Shown one piece after another: positions 47,901-55,933 of a DNA stretch of 64,000 nucleotides. A program made the position numbers and the translations under genes. Numbering within the stretch: the stretch's first letter is position 1; every line of letters begins with the position of its first letter. The DNA comes from a virus (Duplodnaviria; Caudoviricetes): IMG/VR virus record IMGVR_UViG_2974541498_000001, positions 72,609-136,608 of that record; one strand, given 5' to 3'. The notes beneath the pieces are model-generated. The model was not told the origin of the DNA. It made no database searches and saw only the letters and a list, made by a program, of their open reading frames with translations.

Positions 47901-48055
47901 AATCCCCTAATGGATATATTGATTATTATATGGAAATAAGTAATTTAGAAGCTAAACATGATAGTAAGGACTTATCTGATGATGATTATAGTAGACTTTT
48001 AGAAGAAATAAAGGAATCTAAGAATAAATATCAAGATATTCCTTTACAAGAATAA
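44972..48055 (+). CDS. polA: Family A DNA polymerase with N-terminal UDG-like domain and 3'-5' exonuclease
   Basis: WDTE, HNSRFD, Y...D exo motifs; TSRLSSSHPNMQNIP, DYSNLELR, RQAAKKVGFGIVYG, NTLIQG, TVHDS. Confidence 0.95.
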   Translation: MKIKALILNEFVRADYFVGDSLDYFNSKTGSKFKQVFNKYGLKEGVDYDCNYFIRDIPKAAKVYNNRVVSYKSPTSAQLKKANAEIKEKIKDYDIILVTGKYGLSYFYPEYIINGKRKVLPKMTKLLSHDKVVNIDGKDHLILPIFSQELVDMDNEKAYPRNLVIRKLALYLKGYWNIKTSRVGNYKIADTVDKVKAVFNAAKKHVTAWDTEDNGFDAHRKNSRILCMTLSFKPGTGYYIPLAHRQSPFSKDELVEVKKCIKGFLEGPNIKVAHNSRFDIDWMIYRGIAGHVHNIRDTKIGYWLLVDQRVSESLRLTDLAWQVTPIGGYDDPLESYKDWITSTLASLCSQMLKKKYRKTHSNLKEFEKGTEKLDEEDKNFLLENIIPEEFSKEDNPLLKLLSKASREQHIKLNQKIFNEDYMDDEVLNDAVNSAISLANKWRVDNKIKSHFNYDIFPLKVMLNYSVGDADACLQIYRWEEMEVNKSTDKIKFLFEKFYPEFVYTLARMQSNGAHINLDYTKELKKAYADESDRIYNELLKFSDVKQLIDIKQELYLKGLAEKAKPVKERDKDIYKYYNRYKDEEDRKFKPNADKKTLLLEVMGVSIPDEDKFKTNKGEISVGSETISYLLDTLPKDSDSYEIVNLLDKYAQSSKIQTTYTDTMLDIVSDVDDSVHGTFNETGTSTSRLSSSHPNMQNIPSPHSNNIHEFGNRYPIKRQYNSRFKNGIIFNCDYSNLELRILGLISGDAGMYHTFVTGKDIHKATAADAFKTPLDEVTKSQRQAAKKVGFGIVYGISKYGLAVQLGVTPDEAQDFIDKYLDSKPAVEKLISDVHKAVKQNGYVELLSGFRRQLPGIFSTDKASVSSALRESVNTLIQGSGSYLTNSSLLYIQNYLESNNKNSKLAITVHDSIMGDVPADEISEVLPQVLRIMTNLPYDWLKIEHDGNIVKYPINAEMTIGYNYSDQVDFDLEDYNTFKSPNGYIDYYMEISNLEAKHDSKDLSDDDYSRLLEEIKESKNKYQDIPLQE

Positions 48056-48088
48056 ATATTTGTGGTAATATCTAAATATAGATAGAAG

Positions 48089-48571
48089 GTGACTACTCTG
48101 AAAGAAATTGTAGTTTCTAAGCTGGATTTTGATAGTTTTAGGTTAAGAGATGCCTATACTGGGGAGGTTGTTGATTATTCATTAAAAGATGAACTAAAAG
48201 TTAATGAGAATAACTACAAGCAAGAATATTTAGATCAACCAGCTAAATATGTTTATTGGCAAGCAGTTTACCAGAACTTAAAATCTTATCAGGAGTCTGT
48301 TGAACGAGAAGCAAGCATTGTTCATGCTAATGCCTACAATGAAGCTTATAATTTTCTTAAACAGAAAAAGGGAATTACTAGGCCAACAAAGGATTTAATA
48401 GATTCTGCTATTATGCAAGATAAGGACTATCAAAGTGAATTAGAAAAAGTTGAGGAAGCTCATAGAGCCGTAGGAATTATAGGATCTATTGTAAAAGCTT
48501 TCGAGCAACGTAAGGATATGCTAATACAGTTTGGTGCAGAGCAACGAGCTAATAGAAATAATTCAAATTAA
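48089..48571 (+). CDS. UvsY-like recombination mediator
   Basis: QPAKYVYW, KAFEQRKDML.Q motifs; synteny. Confidence 0.65.
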   Translation: MTTLKEIVVSKLDFDSFRLRDAYTGEVVDYSLKDELKVNENNYKQEYLDQPAKYVYWQAVYQNLKSYQESVEREASIVHANAYNEAYNFLKQKKGITRPTKDLIDSAIMQDKDYQSELEKVEEAHRAVGIIGSIVKAFEQRKDMLIQFGAEQRANRNNSN

Positions 48572-48617
48572 GAAGGAGGTGTAAGTAGATATACTTTAAA
48601 AGGTATACTACAAACAC

Positions 48618-49703
48618 ATGGCAAATCAACTAGAAAAGATTCTAGCTAAGTATTCAGAACAAGAAAAGGAAAATAGTAATTCGGAAAGTCTTAACGTTTA
48701 TGAAAAGCTAAATCATAAGGTTATTCGAGCTAATGCGGCGCCTACAATGACATTTCGTATTTTGCCTCCGGCAGATTTAGAAAATGGGCTATTCTACAAG
48801 GATTACCGTAAGATTATGCTAAATTCACCGCAAGGTTATCAAAGTAGCTTTAGTAATTTCGTAACAGCTTCCCCAGAAGACCCAAATAATCCCTTAGAAA
48901 AAGCTGTTTCTGAATGGAAGTCTCAAGGAATTAAATTTAATAAATATAATACGGGTTTTCGTCAATCTTACTATATTCAGATTGTTCCTGTTAAAGCTAA
49001 TGGTAATGTATTAGAAATGAAGACAGATGCTAATGGATTGCCAGATGTTTATGTACTAGATATCACTTCTTCCTTATTTGACTTATTAATGAAGGCTTTA
49101 GGAGAATCTGGGAATGACCCTATTAATAACAAGTATTTTGCCTCGGAGTTAGCTAATGATAATGCTAGTGATGCTAACCAAGGTAGTTGGAGTTTCTTGT
49201 CTCCTAATATTGCATATTCTGTTACCATTACGTATAATAAGAATGCGCAAAAGGCTTCTGATTATTATAACCTTTCTGTTAACGCCGGAAATATGTTGCC
49301 ACCTTTGCCACAAGGATGGGAAACTAAGCTAGAAGATTTAGATTATCTAGCCACCCCTATTGATAAAGCTAACCCAGATTTTATGAATAGATTTATTGAT
49401 GATTTTAATAGTCAGCACGGATTGCAAGGAAATTCCGTAGAAACTCCAAGCAACCAAGTAACTCCCGGAACAACAGCAAGTTCATCACCATTCGATGACA
49501 CGCCACAACAACCAGCACCACAGCAACCAGCACCACAACAACCAGCACCACAGCAACCAGCGCCACAACAACCAGCACCACAGCAACCAGCGCCACAACA
49601 ACCGGAGCCACAATCTAATAACAATGGGTTCCCAGATATGCCAGATCCATTTAGTGATACTGGAAGTTCTGTTGATATTTCCGATGACGATTTACCATTT
49701 TAA
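48618..49703 (+). CDS. Single-stranded DNA-binding protein (gp32-like)
   Basis: FRILPP motif, acidic DDDLPF C-terminus, between UvsY and RecA. Confidence 0.78.
   Translation: MANQLEKILAKYSEQEKENSNSESLNVYEKLNHKVIRANAAPTMTFRILPPADLENGLFYKDYRKIMLNSPQGYQSSFSNFVTASPEDPNNPLEKAVSEWKSQGIKFNKYNTGFRQSYYIQIVPVKANGNVLEMKTDANGLPDVYVLDITSSLFDLLMKALGESGNDPINNKYFASELANDNASDANQGSWSFLSPNIAYSVTITYNKNAQKASDYYNLSVNAGNMLPPLPQGWETKLEDLDYLATPIDKANPDFMNRFIDDFNSQHGLQGNSVETPSNQVTPGTTASSSPFDDTPQQPAPQQPAPQQPAPQQPAPQQPAPQQPAPQQPEPQSNNNGFPDMPDPFSDTGSSVDISDDDLPF
49503..49607 (+). repeat. 15-bp tandem repeat x7 encoding PQQPA in the SSB linker
   Basis: ccacaacaaccagca / ccacagcaaccagcr alternating. Confidence 0.95.
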
Positions 49704-49716
49704 TAGATAATTAATA

Positions 49717-49743
49717 AGGGGGAGACAATTACGTCTCCTTTTT
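49717..49743 (+). terminator. Rho-independent terminator
   Basis: ggggagac-aattac-gtctccttttt. Confidence 0.75.
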
Positions 49744-49745
49744 GC

Positions 49746-49774
49746 TTTACTGATTATATCGGGTGTGGTATAAT
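49746..49774 (+). promoter_or_regulatory. SigmaA-type promoter for recA
   Basis: TTTACT-17 bp-TATAAT with TG extension. Confidence 0.65.
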
Positions 49775-49814
49775 TAAATAGGATAAAAATAAGTAAAAAT
49801 AAAAGGATGGTAGT

Positions 49815-51101
49815 ATGGCAAAAAGTTCAGAAGAAATTAAAGTAGCTAAAGATTTAGGGTTTTCTTTAGTATCTGATAGTAACTATGCACACGTTGACGA
49901 CTTCATACCAACATTTTTACCACAAATTGATAAGATTATGGGTGGAGGAATTCCTTTACAGCGTATCTCAGAAGTATATTCTCCAGAAGGAGTAGGAAAG
50001 TCTACTTTTATGATTGAATTAACTAAGGCTTGCTCTTTGCTTGGAGTTAAAACATTCTATATTGATGGTGAAGGAACTGCTGATAGAGTTCGATTTGAAG
50101 AGCTTGGTGTAGATCCATCAAATACTTTTGTTGCTTCTCCCAACGAAGGAGAACAAATGACGATTGAATTCGCCGCACAACGTCTAGAAAAAGTTATTGA
50201 TAGCTTTACTGGTAGTAAGGAACCTCTTGTAATTATTATGGATTCTATTGGAGGAATTCCCGCTAAAGGTGAATTAGATTTAGATGCTGACGAGGAAGGC
50301 CAACGGGGAATGAAAGCAAAAGCAGTTACCCGAATGGTTACTAAATTAAATGCTAAAGTAAAAGATGCAAATGTAGCAGTTATATTTATTAATCAGGTTA
50401 GAGATAATCAAAATAAGAAAGGAAAATTTGATGTTGATACTATCCGACCGGGTGGACGTGCGTTATCCTTTGCCGACAGTCTACGAATAGAATTAAGAGC
50501 AGGATCTAAATACTGGGCAGGAACTGGTACTGATAGAGAATACGAAGGGCATATTCTTAGAGTTGTTATTGATAAGTCTAAGGTTAATCGGCCCCATCAA
50601 AAGAGGGAGACTTCTATATTTGCGGGTGCTCCTAGAAATACTACAACAATTACTAATGAAAAATATCAAGAAATGGACCCTAGTTTTGTTCCCGAATTAG
50701 AAAGTAATCCTAAAGACCCTATTCCATTTGTTCTAGATGGTATTGATTATGAGTATAACTTATTTCAAGAAGGATTTGCTCAAGATATTCTAAGCAAGGT
50801 TCATCGAGGATATGTTACTATGATTGATCCAAATACTGGAGAGGAACTATATAAGGAACGAGAAAATGATTTCCTGTTTTTACTAAAAAAGAATTATAAA
50901 GGAATTCGTAAACAATTGTTTGAATTTGTTCTATTAGCAAACTTTCCAGAAAACTTTCCACCATTAGATAATAAGAATGTTAATGTAACCGCTTGGCCGG
51001 ATATGAAAGATATTCAAAAAATCTATAAGCAAGTTCATAAGGATAAGCTATTAAGGGAAAAAGAAGCTAAGGAGGCTAAGTCTGATGCCTCTAGCAAATA
51101 A
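49815..51101 (+). CDS. recA: RecA/UvsX recombinase
   Basis: GGGIP..RISEVY.PEGVGKST, YIDGE, MDSI, INQVR, PGGRAL.F. Confidence 0.93.
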   Translation: MAKSSEEIKVAKDLGFSLVSDSNYAHVDDFIPTFLPQIDKIMGGGIPLQRISEVYSPEGVGKSTFMIELTKACSLLGVKTFYIDGEGTADRVRFEELGVDPSNTFVASPNEGEQMTIEFAAQRLEKVIDSFTGSKEPLVIIMDSIGGIPAKGELDLDADEEGQRGMKAKAVTRMVTKLNAKVKDANVAVIFINQVRDNQNKKGKFDVDTIRPGGRALSFADSLRIELRAGSKYWAGTGTDREYEGHILRVVIDKSKVNRPHQKRETSIFAGAPRNTTTITNEKYQEMDPSFVPELESNPKDPIPFVLDGIDYEYNLFQEGFAQDILSKVHRGYVTMIDPNTGEELYKERENDFLFLLKKNYKGIRKQLFEFVLLANFPENFPPLDNKNVNVTAWPDMKDIQKIYKQVHKDKLLREKEAKEAKSDASSK

Positions 51102-51354
51102 AGTGGAACCTTTTCAACAATATATTGATAAGTTAAATAAATATAAAGAGTCACAAAAAGAAGTATTAGTCGAAAATAGAGATCAGAAATATACACATTC
51201 TGATGTTATTAGGATTACCTATGTTGGCAATAGATTTGCTTTAGGTGAAACGGTTGATTATGGAATTCCCTATACACTTAACTACGCAGATATGTATGCT
51301 AATAAGGGAAACACACTAAAAGTTAGATATAGAGACGAGGTTTTCGATGAATAA
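51085..51354 (+). CDS. Conserved hypothetical protein
   Basis: Between recA and sigma factor; PYTLNYAD motif. Confidence 0.55.
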   Translation: MPLANKVEPFQQYIDKLNKYKESQKEVLVENRDQKYTHSDVIRITYVGNRFALGETVDYGIPYTLNYADMYANKGNTLKVRYRDEVFDE

Positions 51355-52240
51355 TTATTTACCAAGAGATTCTGAAAACTTACTAAAGAAATATAAACCA
51401 TTAATTGATTCCACTTATGCTAGATATAAATATTTATTTACAAATACTATTGGATCGGAATCTTATATGCAGGGGGCTGAAGGCTCTCAAAACAGAGAAA
51501 TTCCTAATAAGTATGCCCAAGAAGATTTATATAGTTATATTTCAGAGCAATTTATTAAACTTATTAAGGAGTATGACCCTAATGGGGGTGTTGACTTACC
51601 TGGGTATTTAGCTAGTAAATTGCCTAGAAGAGTATTAGGATCTTATATTCATGGTAGAAGTAGAGATAGGCAACGAGAGAGTGTTTCCTATGAAAGCAAT
51701 GGAATAGAAACTGCTATGGCTACTACTCCTTCGGTTGATAATAGTAGTGTTGTTCAAATTGTTCAATTAGTTGAAGGCGATCTTGAAACTCCTATGGATA
51801 AATATATTTTTAATCTATTAACGAGTAAGAATGAAGATTTAACTAAGACGGAAATGTATCATAGAGTTCTATCAGCATTCCCTGGTATAAAGAAATCGGA
51901 GTATACTGAGCGTCTTGACTATATTAAAGGTAGAGTTTCAGAAGAGATTTATGATAATCATTTGCGTTTATTTGGTAGTTATTCTAATAATGCCTATGCT
52001 AATAGTACGGGAACTTTGAAAAGAACCGACAGGGTCACACACAAGAAAGACAACCTAGATTATTTGCCAACGGCATCTGTTACTTCTATTACTAAAGTAT
52101 CTTTAAATGATGCTGTATTTACTAAGGATGTAGATTATTCATATGAGGGCAAAGGAATTATTAAATGGATCTCTTCAAATAGACCAAAGGTTGGAGAAAA
52201 ATATGTTGTAGATTATATGTATAGATATTCTAGTGAATAG
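51347..52240 (+). CDS. Phage RNA polymerase sigma factor with extra C-terminal beta-rich domain
   Basis: RD.E.L..KY.PL, EDLYSYI.EQFIKL.KEYDP...VD.PGY...KL..R motif of Twort-like sigma factors. Confidence 0.85.
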   Translation: MNNYLPRDSENLLKKYKPLIDSTYARYKYLFTNTIGSESYMQGAEGSQNREIPNKYAQEDLYSYISEQFIKLIKEYDPNGGVDLPGYLASKLPRRVLGSYIHGRSRDRQRESVSYESNGIETAMATTPSVDNSSVVQIVQLVEGDLETPMDKYIFNLLTSKNEDLTKTEMYHRVLSAFPGIKKSEYTERLDYIKGRVSEEIYDNHLRLFGSYSNNAYANSTGTLKRTDRVTHKKDNLDYLPTASVTSITKVSLNDAVFTKDVDYSYEGKGIIKWISSNRPKVGEKYVVDYMYRYSSE

Positions 52241-52242
52241 AG

Positions 52243-52869
52243 ATGTTTATTTTGAGAAAGTCTAATGAAGCAGTTAAAGAAGATTTATCACCATTAATTG
52301 AGGAGGCCATTATTGAGGTGGAAAAAGAAGAGTTAAAGGGTACTCAGACGGAAAATATTCCAGATAAGGTAACGATTAAAGTAGGAAATACAGAAACTAC
52401 GGTAGATACTGATTTACCTAGTAAGTATAAGGCGGCAATTCCCTATATCGTTATTTTGATTTCTTGGGTAATTACTTTTGTTACTACTAAGTTTGGTTGG
52501 AAATTTCCGGGAACAAGTGAAGATATCACTACTTGGGTTACTTTATTAGTTTCCTTTGCATTAAGTATCTACGGAACTTGGCGGGATAATCCAATTACTA
52601 AGAAGGGCCAGTTCTTATCTATAATTGGTAAAGAACTAGAAGGATTATTGGGATCTATTGAGGGGCACACTAAGCCTACGACAGTATCCCCTAAGACTGC
52701 TGAAGAAACTACAGTGGAACCAACAACTGTTGAAGAAACTACAGTGGAACCAACAACTGTTGAAGAAACTACAGTAGCTCCTACGACTGTTGAAGAAACT
52801 ACAGTAGCCCCCACGACAGTAGAACCAACAACCGTTGATGAAACTACAGTAAATGTTAAACAGGCATAA
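52243..52869 (+). CDS. Holin (phiLC3-like, 2 TM) with Thr-rich repeat tail; true start may be downstream
   Basis: Two hydrophobic helices then YGTWRDNPITKKG; position after sigma factor. Confidence 0.78.
   Translation: MFILRKSNEAVKEDLSPLIEEAIIEVEKEELKGTQTENIPDKVTIKVGNTETTVDTDLPSKYKAAIPYIVILISWVITFVTTKFGWKFPGTSEDITTWVTLLVSFALSIYGTWRDNPITKKGQFLSIIGKELEGLLGSIEGHTKPTTVSPKTAEETTVEPTTVEETTVEPTTVEETTVAPTTVEETTVAPTTVEPTTVDETTVNVKQA
52675..52851 (+). repeat. 15/30-bp tandem repeat encoding about 12 TTVxP/TTVEE pentamers
   Basis: gaagaaactacagtggaaccaacaactgtt units. Confidence 0.95.
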
Positions 52870-52899
52870 TAGAATAAGCAACATATATTATTAAAAATT

Positions 52900-52925
52900 A
52901 GGACACTACGATTAGTGTCCTTTTT
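52900..52925 (+). terminator. Rho-independent terminator
   Basis: aggacacta-cgat-tagtgtccttttt. Confidence 0.85.
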
Positions 52926-52987
52926 CTATTGTCTAAATTATAAGTGAGGGAACAAAGTAAACTACTATAAAAGAGAGGTAAAATTCA

Positions 52988-53545
52988 ATGGCAAGTATTA
53001 ATGTAAATGATTATTTAACTGGGGCAAAGACAGTCCCCTTAGATGGAAAGTATTTAATAGCAAAAACGAGAGATGATGGATTTACTGGAACTTGGGCAGG
53101 AAATTATATTTATAAAGTCCAAAAGTCGGGCAATAACTATTATGTAATTGAACAAAAGTGGGACTTTGATAAGCTAGCATGGGTAGACAAGGATGCTCCT
53201 ATTATTAGATACGATGGGACTACTCTATTTTTTGCTACTAATACGCATATCGATCCATATAATGGGAGTGTCGGCAACTATAAAACAGTTACTCCAGATA
53301 AGGTAGAACATAATATTGTATTAGCTTTCTTGGCTTTCATTGCTGATGAGTTTGCTAATGCTAACTATGATGTCTTCCTAACTCATGATAACTTTATTGA
53401 TGACGAACTTGTTTCTAAAGTAAATCCTAGTTCGGGTACTACAGTTAAGCCAACAACGGTAGCTCCAACTACAGTTAAACCAACTACAGTGGCACCCACA
53501 ACGGTAGCCCCAACTACAGTTAAACCAACTACAGTTAAACCATAA
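52988..53545 (+). CDS. Putative virion decoration protein with TTV[K/A]P tail
   Basis: Occupies the locus of Ig-like virion proteins after holin in Twort-like phages; candidate late-promoter motif upstream; 7 pentamers at C-terminus. Confidence 0.5.
   Translation: MASINVNDYLTGAKTVPLDGKYLIAKTRDDGFTGTWAGNYIYKVQKSGNNYYVIEQKWDFDKLAWVDKDAPIIRYDGTTLFFATNTHIDPYNGSVGNYKTVTPDKVEHNIVLAFLAFIADEFANANYDVFLTHDNFIDDELVSKVNPSSGTTVKPTTVAPTTVKPTTVAPTTVAPTTVKPTTVKP
53438..53542 (+). repeat. 15-bp tandem repeat x7 encoding TTVKP/TTVAP
   Basis: actacagttaaacca-type units. Confidence 0.95.
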
Positions 53546-53560
53546 TAATAGGGGGCTAAT

Positions 53561-54538
53561 ATGGAAAAGAAGGTTAACTATATTTTCTGTGACCCCCAAG
53601 AATATCGGTTTTATTGGCAGGAACTTAATTATGTTAGGAATCTTATAGATATTGGTGTTTCTACAGATAACATCTATATACTAAATATAAAAAATAATGA
53701 AGATTATGCTCAAAACATTGTTAATCATTTTCCGGGGGTTCACTTATTTGAATTTGAGGATAAGCGAGATCGTGCAGGGAAGCAGTATGCGGCAACGCTA
53801 AAGCCTTGGCTGATGTGGCAATTCTTTGAGTTCTTCCCCGATAAAAAGGATGATGTATTTTTCTATACAGATTCTGACATTATTCTAAGCAAAAAAATAG
53901 AAGTTCCTGATGATTTAGATATCCACCACTGGTATGGATCAGATTGTAATTCATATTTAGGGATTGAATATATAAATAGCAAGAATTACCAAGACTCTAA
54001 TTTGCTGTCTGAGATGACTAGCAGTATCGGTTTAGATGAATCGTGGGTTATTAGTCACGATGATGCTTCTATTGGGGCACAATACCTTATGACAGGGTTA
54101 TCTGCTACGTACTGGAAGGATGTATATGATTCTTCCATAGCATTGAAAAAATACCTAGATAGCATTGAACCTAGATATTTAAAAAAGTATAAAAAGTATA
54201 ATCTAGACATTGATAATCCAATACAAAAATGGTGTGCAGAAATGTGGGCTACTTTATGGGTTATGGGAAAGCATGGCATTACCCCGAAAGTGTCAGATAA
54301 TCTTAAATTTTGCTGGATTGACTGGAAACTAAGTGATTGGACCTCAGGAAAGTATTCTATTATGCATGATGCTGGAGTTACTTCTAGTGATAATGGTATA
54401 TTTTATAAGTATGACTATGCAAATAAGGATATATTTAAGGATATGCCTAACTTGCTAAATAGATTAGATAAGGGAAAATGTGGTTATGCTTATGCTTTAG
54501 AATTGAATAAGACAGGAAAAAGAATTAAGGCTATATAA
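53561..54538 (+). CDS. GT-A glycosyltransferase, HPAT/SERGT-like putative protein O-glycosyltransferase
   Basis: Y...LKPWLM.QF, FYTDSDII (DxD), GAQYLM, QKWCAEMWA, IMHDAG. Confidence 0.72.
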   Translation: MEKKVNYIFCDPQEYRFYWQELNYVRNLIDIGVSTDNIYILNIKNNEDYAQNIVNHFPGVHLFEFEDKRDRAGKQYAATLKPWLMWQFFEFFPDKKDDVFFYTDSDIILSKKIEVPDDLDIHHWYGSDCNSYLGIEYINSKNYQDSNLLSEMTSSIGLDESWVISHDDASIGAQYLMTGLSATYWKDVYDSSIALKKYLDSIEPRYLKKYKKYNLDIDNPIQKWCAEMWATLWVMGKHGITPKVSDNLKFCWIDWKLSDWTSGKYSIMHDAGVTSSDNGIFYKYDYANKDIFKDMPNLLNRLDKGKCGYAYALELNKTGKRIKAI

Positions 54539-54575
54539 TTAGCCTTTTTTCTTTACATATTTTTAATAGATTCCC

Positions 54576-54604
54576 TTGAGTAATTACTAAATCGGTGGTA
54601 TAAT
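54576..54604 (+). promoter_or_regulatory. SigmaA-type promoter
   Basis: TTGAGT-17 bp-TATAAT with TG extension. Confidence 0.65.
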
Positions 54605-54629
54605 TTAATTATTAAATCAGATGGAGTGA

Positions 54630-54974
54630 TTGAATATGTTTAAGAAATTACACAAGGGGTATCGAAGCTCTATCAATAGCCGATTAAAGACTTTCACTAA
54701 TAATTTTAATCACCCTATTCATCATAAGAGAAAACCTAATAATGAAGTTTGCGCCTATTATTTCGTAGCTTATTTATCTAATAAAGGAAAAGTATTTATT
54801 ACAGCATATAGTAATAATAACTATAGTATTAATCAAATTAGAAGCAAATGTGCTTCAAATAAAGGTAAATTAGTTGATGTTAAAATATTATTACTCAAGG
54901 ATGCTCAAAACTATTCACGGCAATTACAGAATAAATTAAAAGATATTCCATTTAAGGATATCAAAGTTGTTTGA
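54630..54974 (+). CDS. Basic hypothetical protein
   Basis: ORF with promoter and GGAG RBS. Confidence 0.45.
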   Translation: MNMFKKLHKGYRSSINSRLKTFTNNFNHPIHHKRKPNNEVCAYYFVAYLSNKGKVFITAYSNNNYSINQIRSKCASNKGKLVDVKILLLKDAQNYSRQLQNKLKDIPFKDIKVV

Positions 54975-55052
54975 CTCTGGTGCAATTAAAGCGGAGTAGC
55001 TAATCTAGTAAATAATAACTCTATGATTTAGCAATCTTAGGGTTATTTTTAC

Positions 55053-55081
55053 TTTACAAAAAATTAAATACATGCTATAAT
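55053..55081 (+). promoter_or_regulatory. SigmaA-type promoter
   Basis: TTTACA-17 bp-TATAAT with TG extension, after a hairpin/T-tract. Confidence 0.7.
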
Positions 55082-55101
55082 ACAGTAAGTGAGGTGATTA
55101 T

Positions 55102-55929
55102 GTGAACTTTATTGTAGGAATAAAGTCCTTAGACTTAGAAATACTAAATAATGTACTATATAAAAATAAGAAATTTCATGTATTTATATCCTATAATTAT
55201 AAAGATTTTTTATTATCAATTGAAAATATAAAGGACACTATTAGTCTAGGAGACACTGTAATTATATATAACAATTTTCCTATGAATAGCTATAATGATG
55301 ATTTGAAAAGCATTAGTAATCTTGCAGAAATTAAATATTTTAGTAATTGGCATAACTCTACTGAAATAAATGATAATCATTCTGATGCTTTCAATGACAT
55401 GCTGATATACCTTAATGAGAATAAGGAATTATCAGATGAAGAAGTTTATGAAATATCTAAATATAAAAAGGAAAATTCAGGAATTACAAACCAAATGGCT
55501 TTATTGCAGTATGGTATTGGATTACCTATTATGAATGAAAAAGGATTAGAACAATGGAAAACCTATTCATCATATATTACCGCTTCTAATATGGTAGCCG
55601 CTAAGCGTCTTATTAACAAAGAAAATACTATTTATAGCAAAGAATTCGGATGTGTTATAATCAATAATAACAACGAATTAGTGCCATATTTAGAAGAAGT
55701 TACTAAGCGAAATAATATGAGTTTAATCAATTTATCGGTTGCAGAAAATAGCATTGAAGTGATGGTAAGCACAACTATTCCAGAAACTTGTAAAAGAATT
55801 AGCGACAAACTTTTCTATAGTGAGGATTCTCCTTATTATATAAATGAAAATAAGTCAGTTTATTTTATTGATGGTACTGTAAAAGATATTAAAAGAGCAA
55901 TAAAACAATTATTGGATAAGAAGGATTAA
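55102..55929 (+). CDS. Hypothetical protein
   Basis: GAGGTG RBS, 275 aa. Confidence 0.5.
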   Translation: MNFIVGIKSLDLEILNNVLYKNKKFHVFISYNYKDFLLSIENIKDTISLGDTVIIYNNFPMNSYNDDLKSISNLAEIKYFSNWHNSTEINDNHSDAFNDMLIYLNENKELSDEEVYEISKYKKENSGITNQMALLQYGIGLPIMNEKGLEQWKTYSSYITASNMVAAKRLINKENTIYSKEFGCVIINNNNELVPYLEEVTKRNNMSLINLSVAENSIEVMVSTTIPETCKRISDKLFYSEDSPYYINENKSVYFIDGTVKDIKRAIKQLLDKKD

Positions 55930-55933
55930 ATTA

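Noticed and set aside
44972-51101. Group I introns or homing endonucleases in polA or recA, common in SPO1/Twort-like phages
   Set aside because: Both ORFs are continuous with all motifs; no HNH, GIY-YIG or LAGLIDADG ORF seen.
54975-55050. Possible riboswitch/ncRNA in the intergenic region
   Set aside because: Only a short hairpin and a terminator-like stem; no convincing match to an aptamer consensus I can verify.
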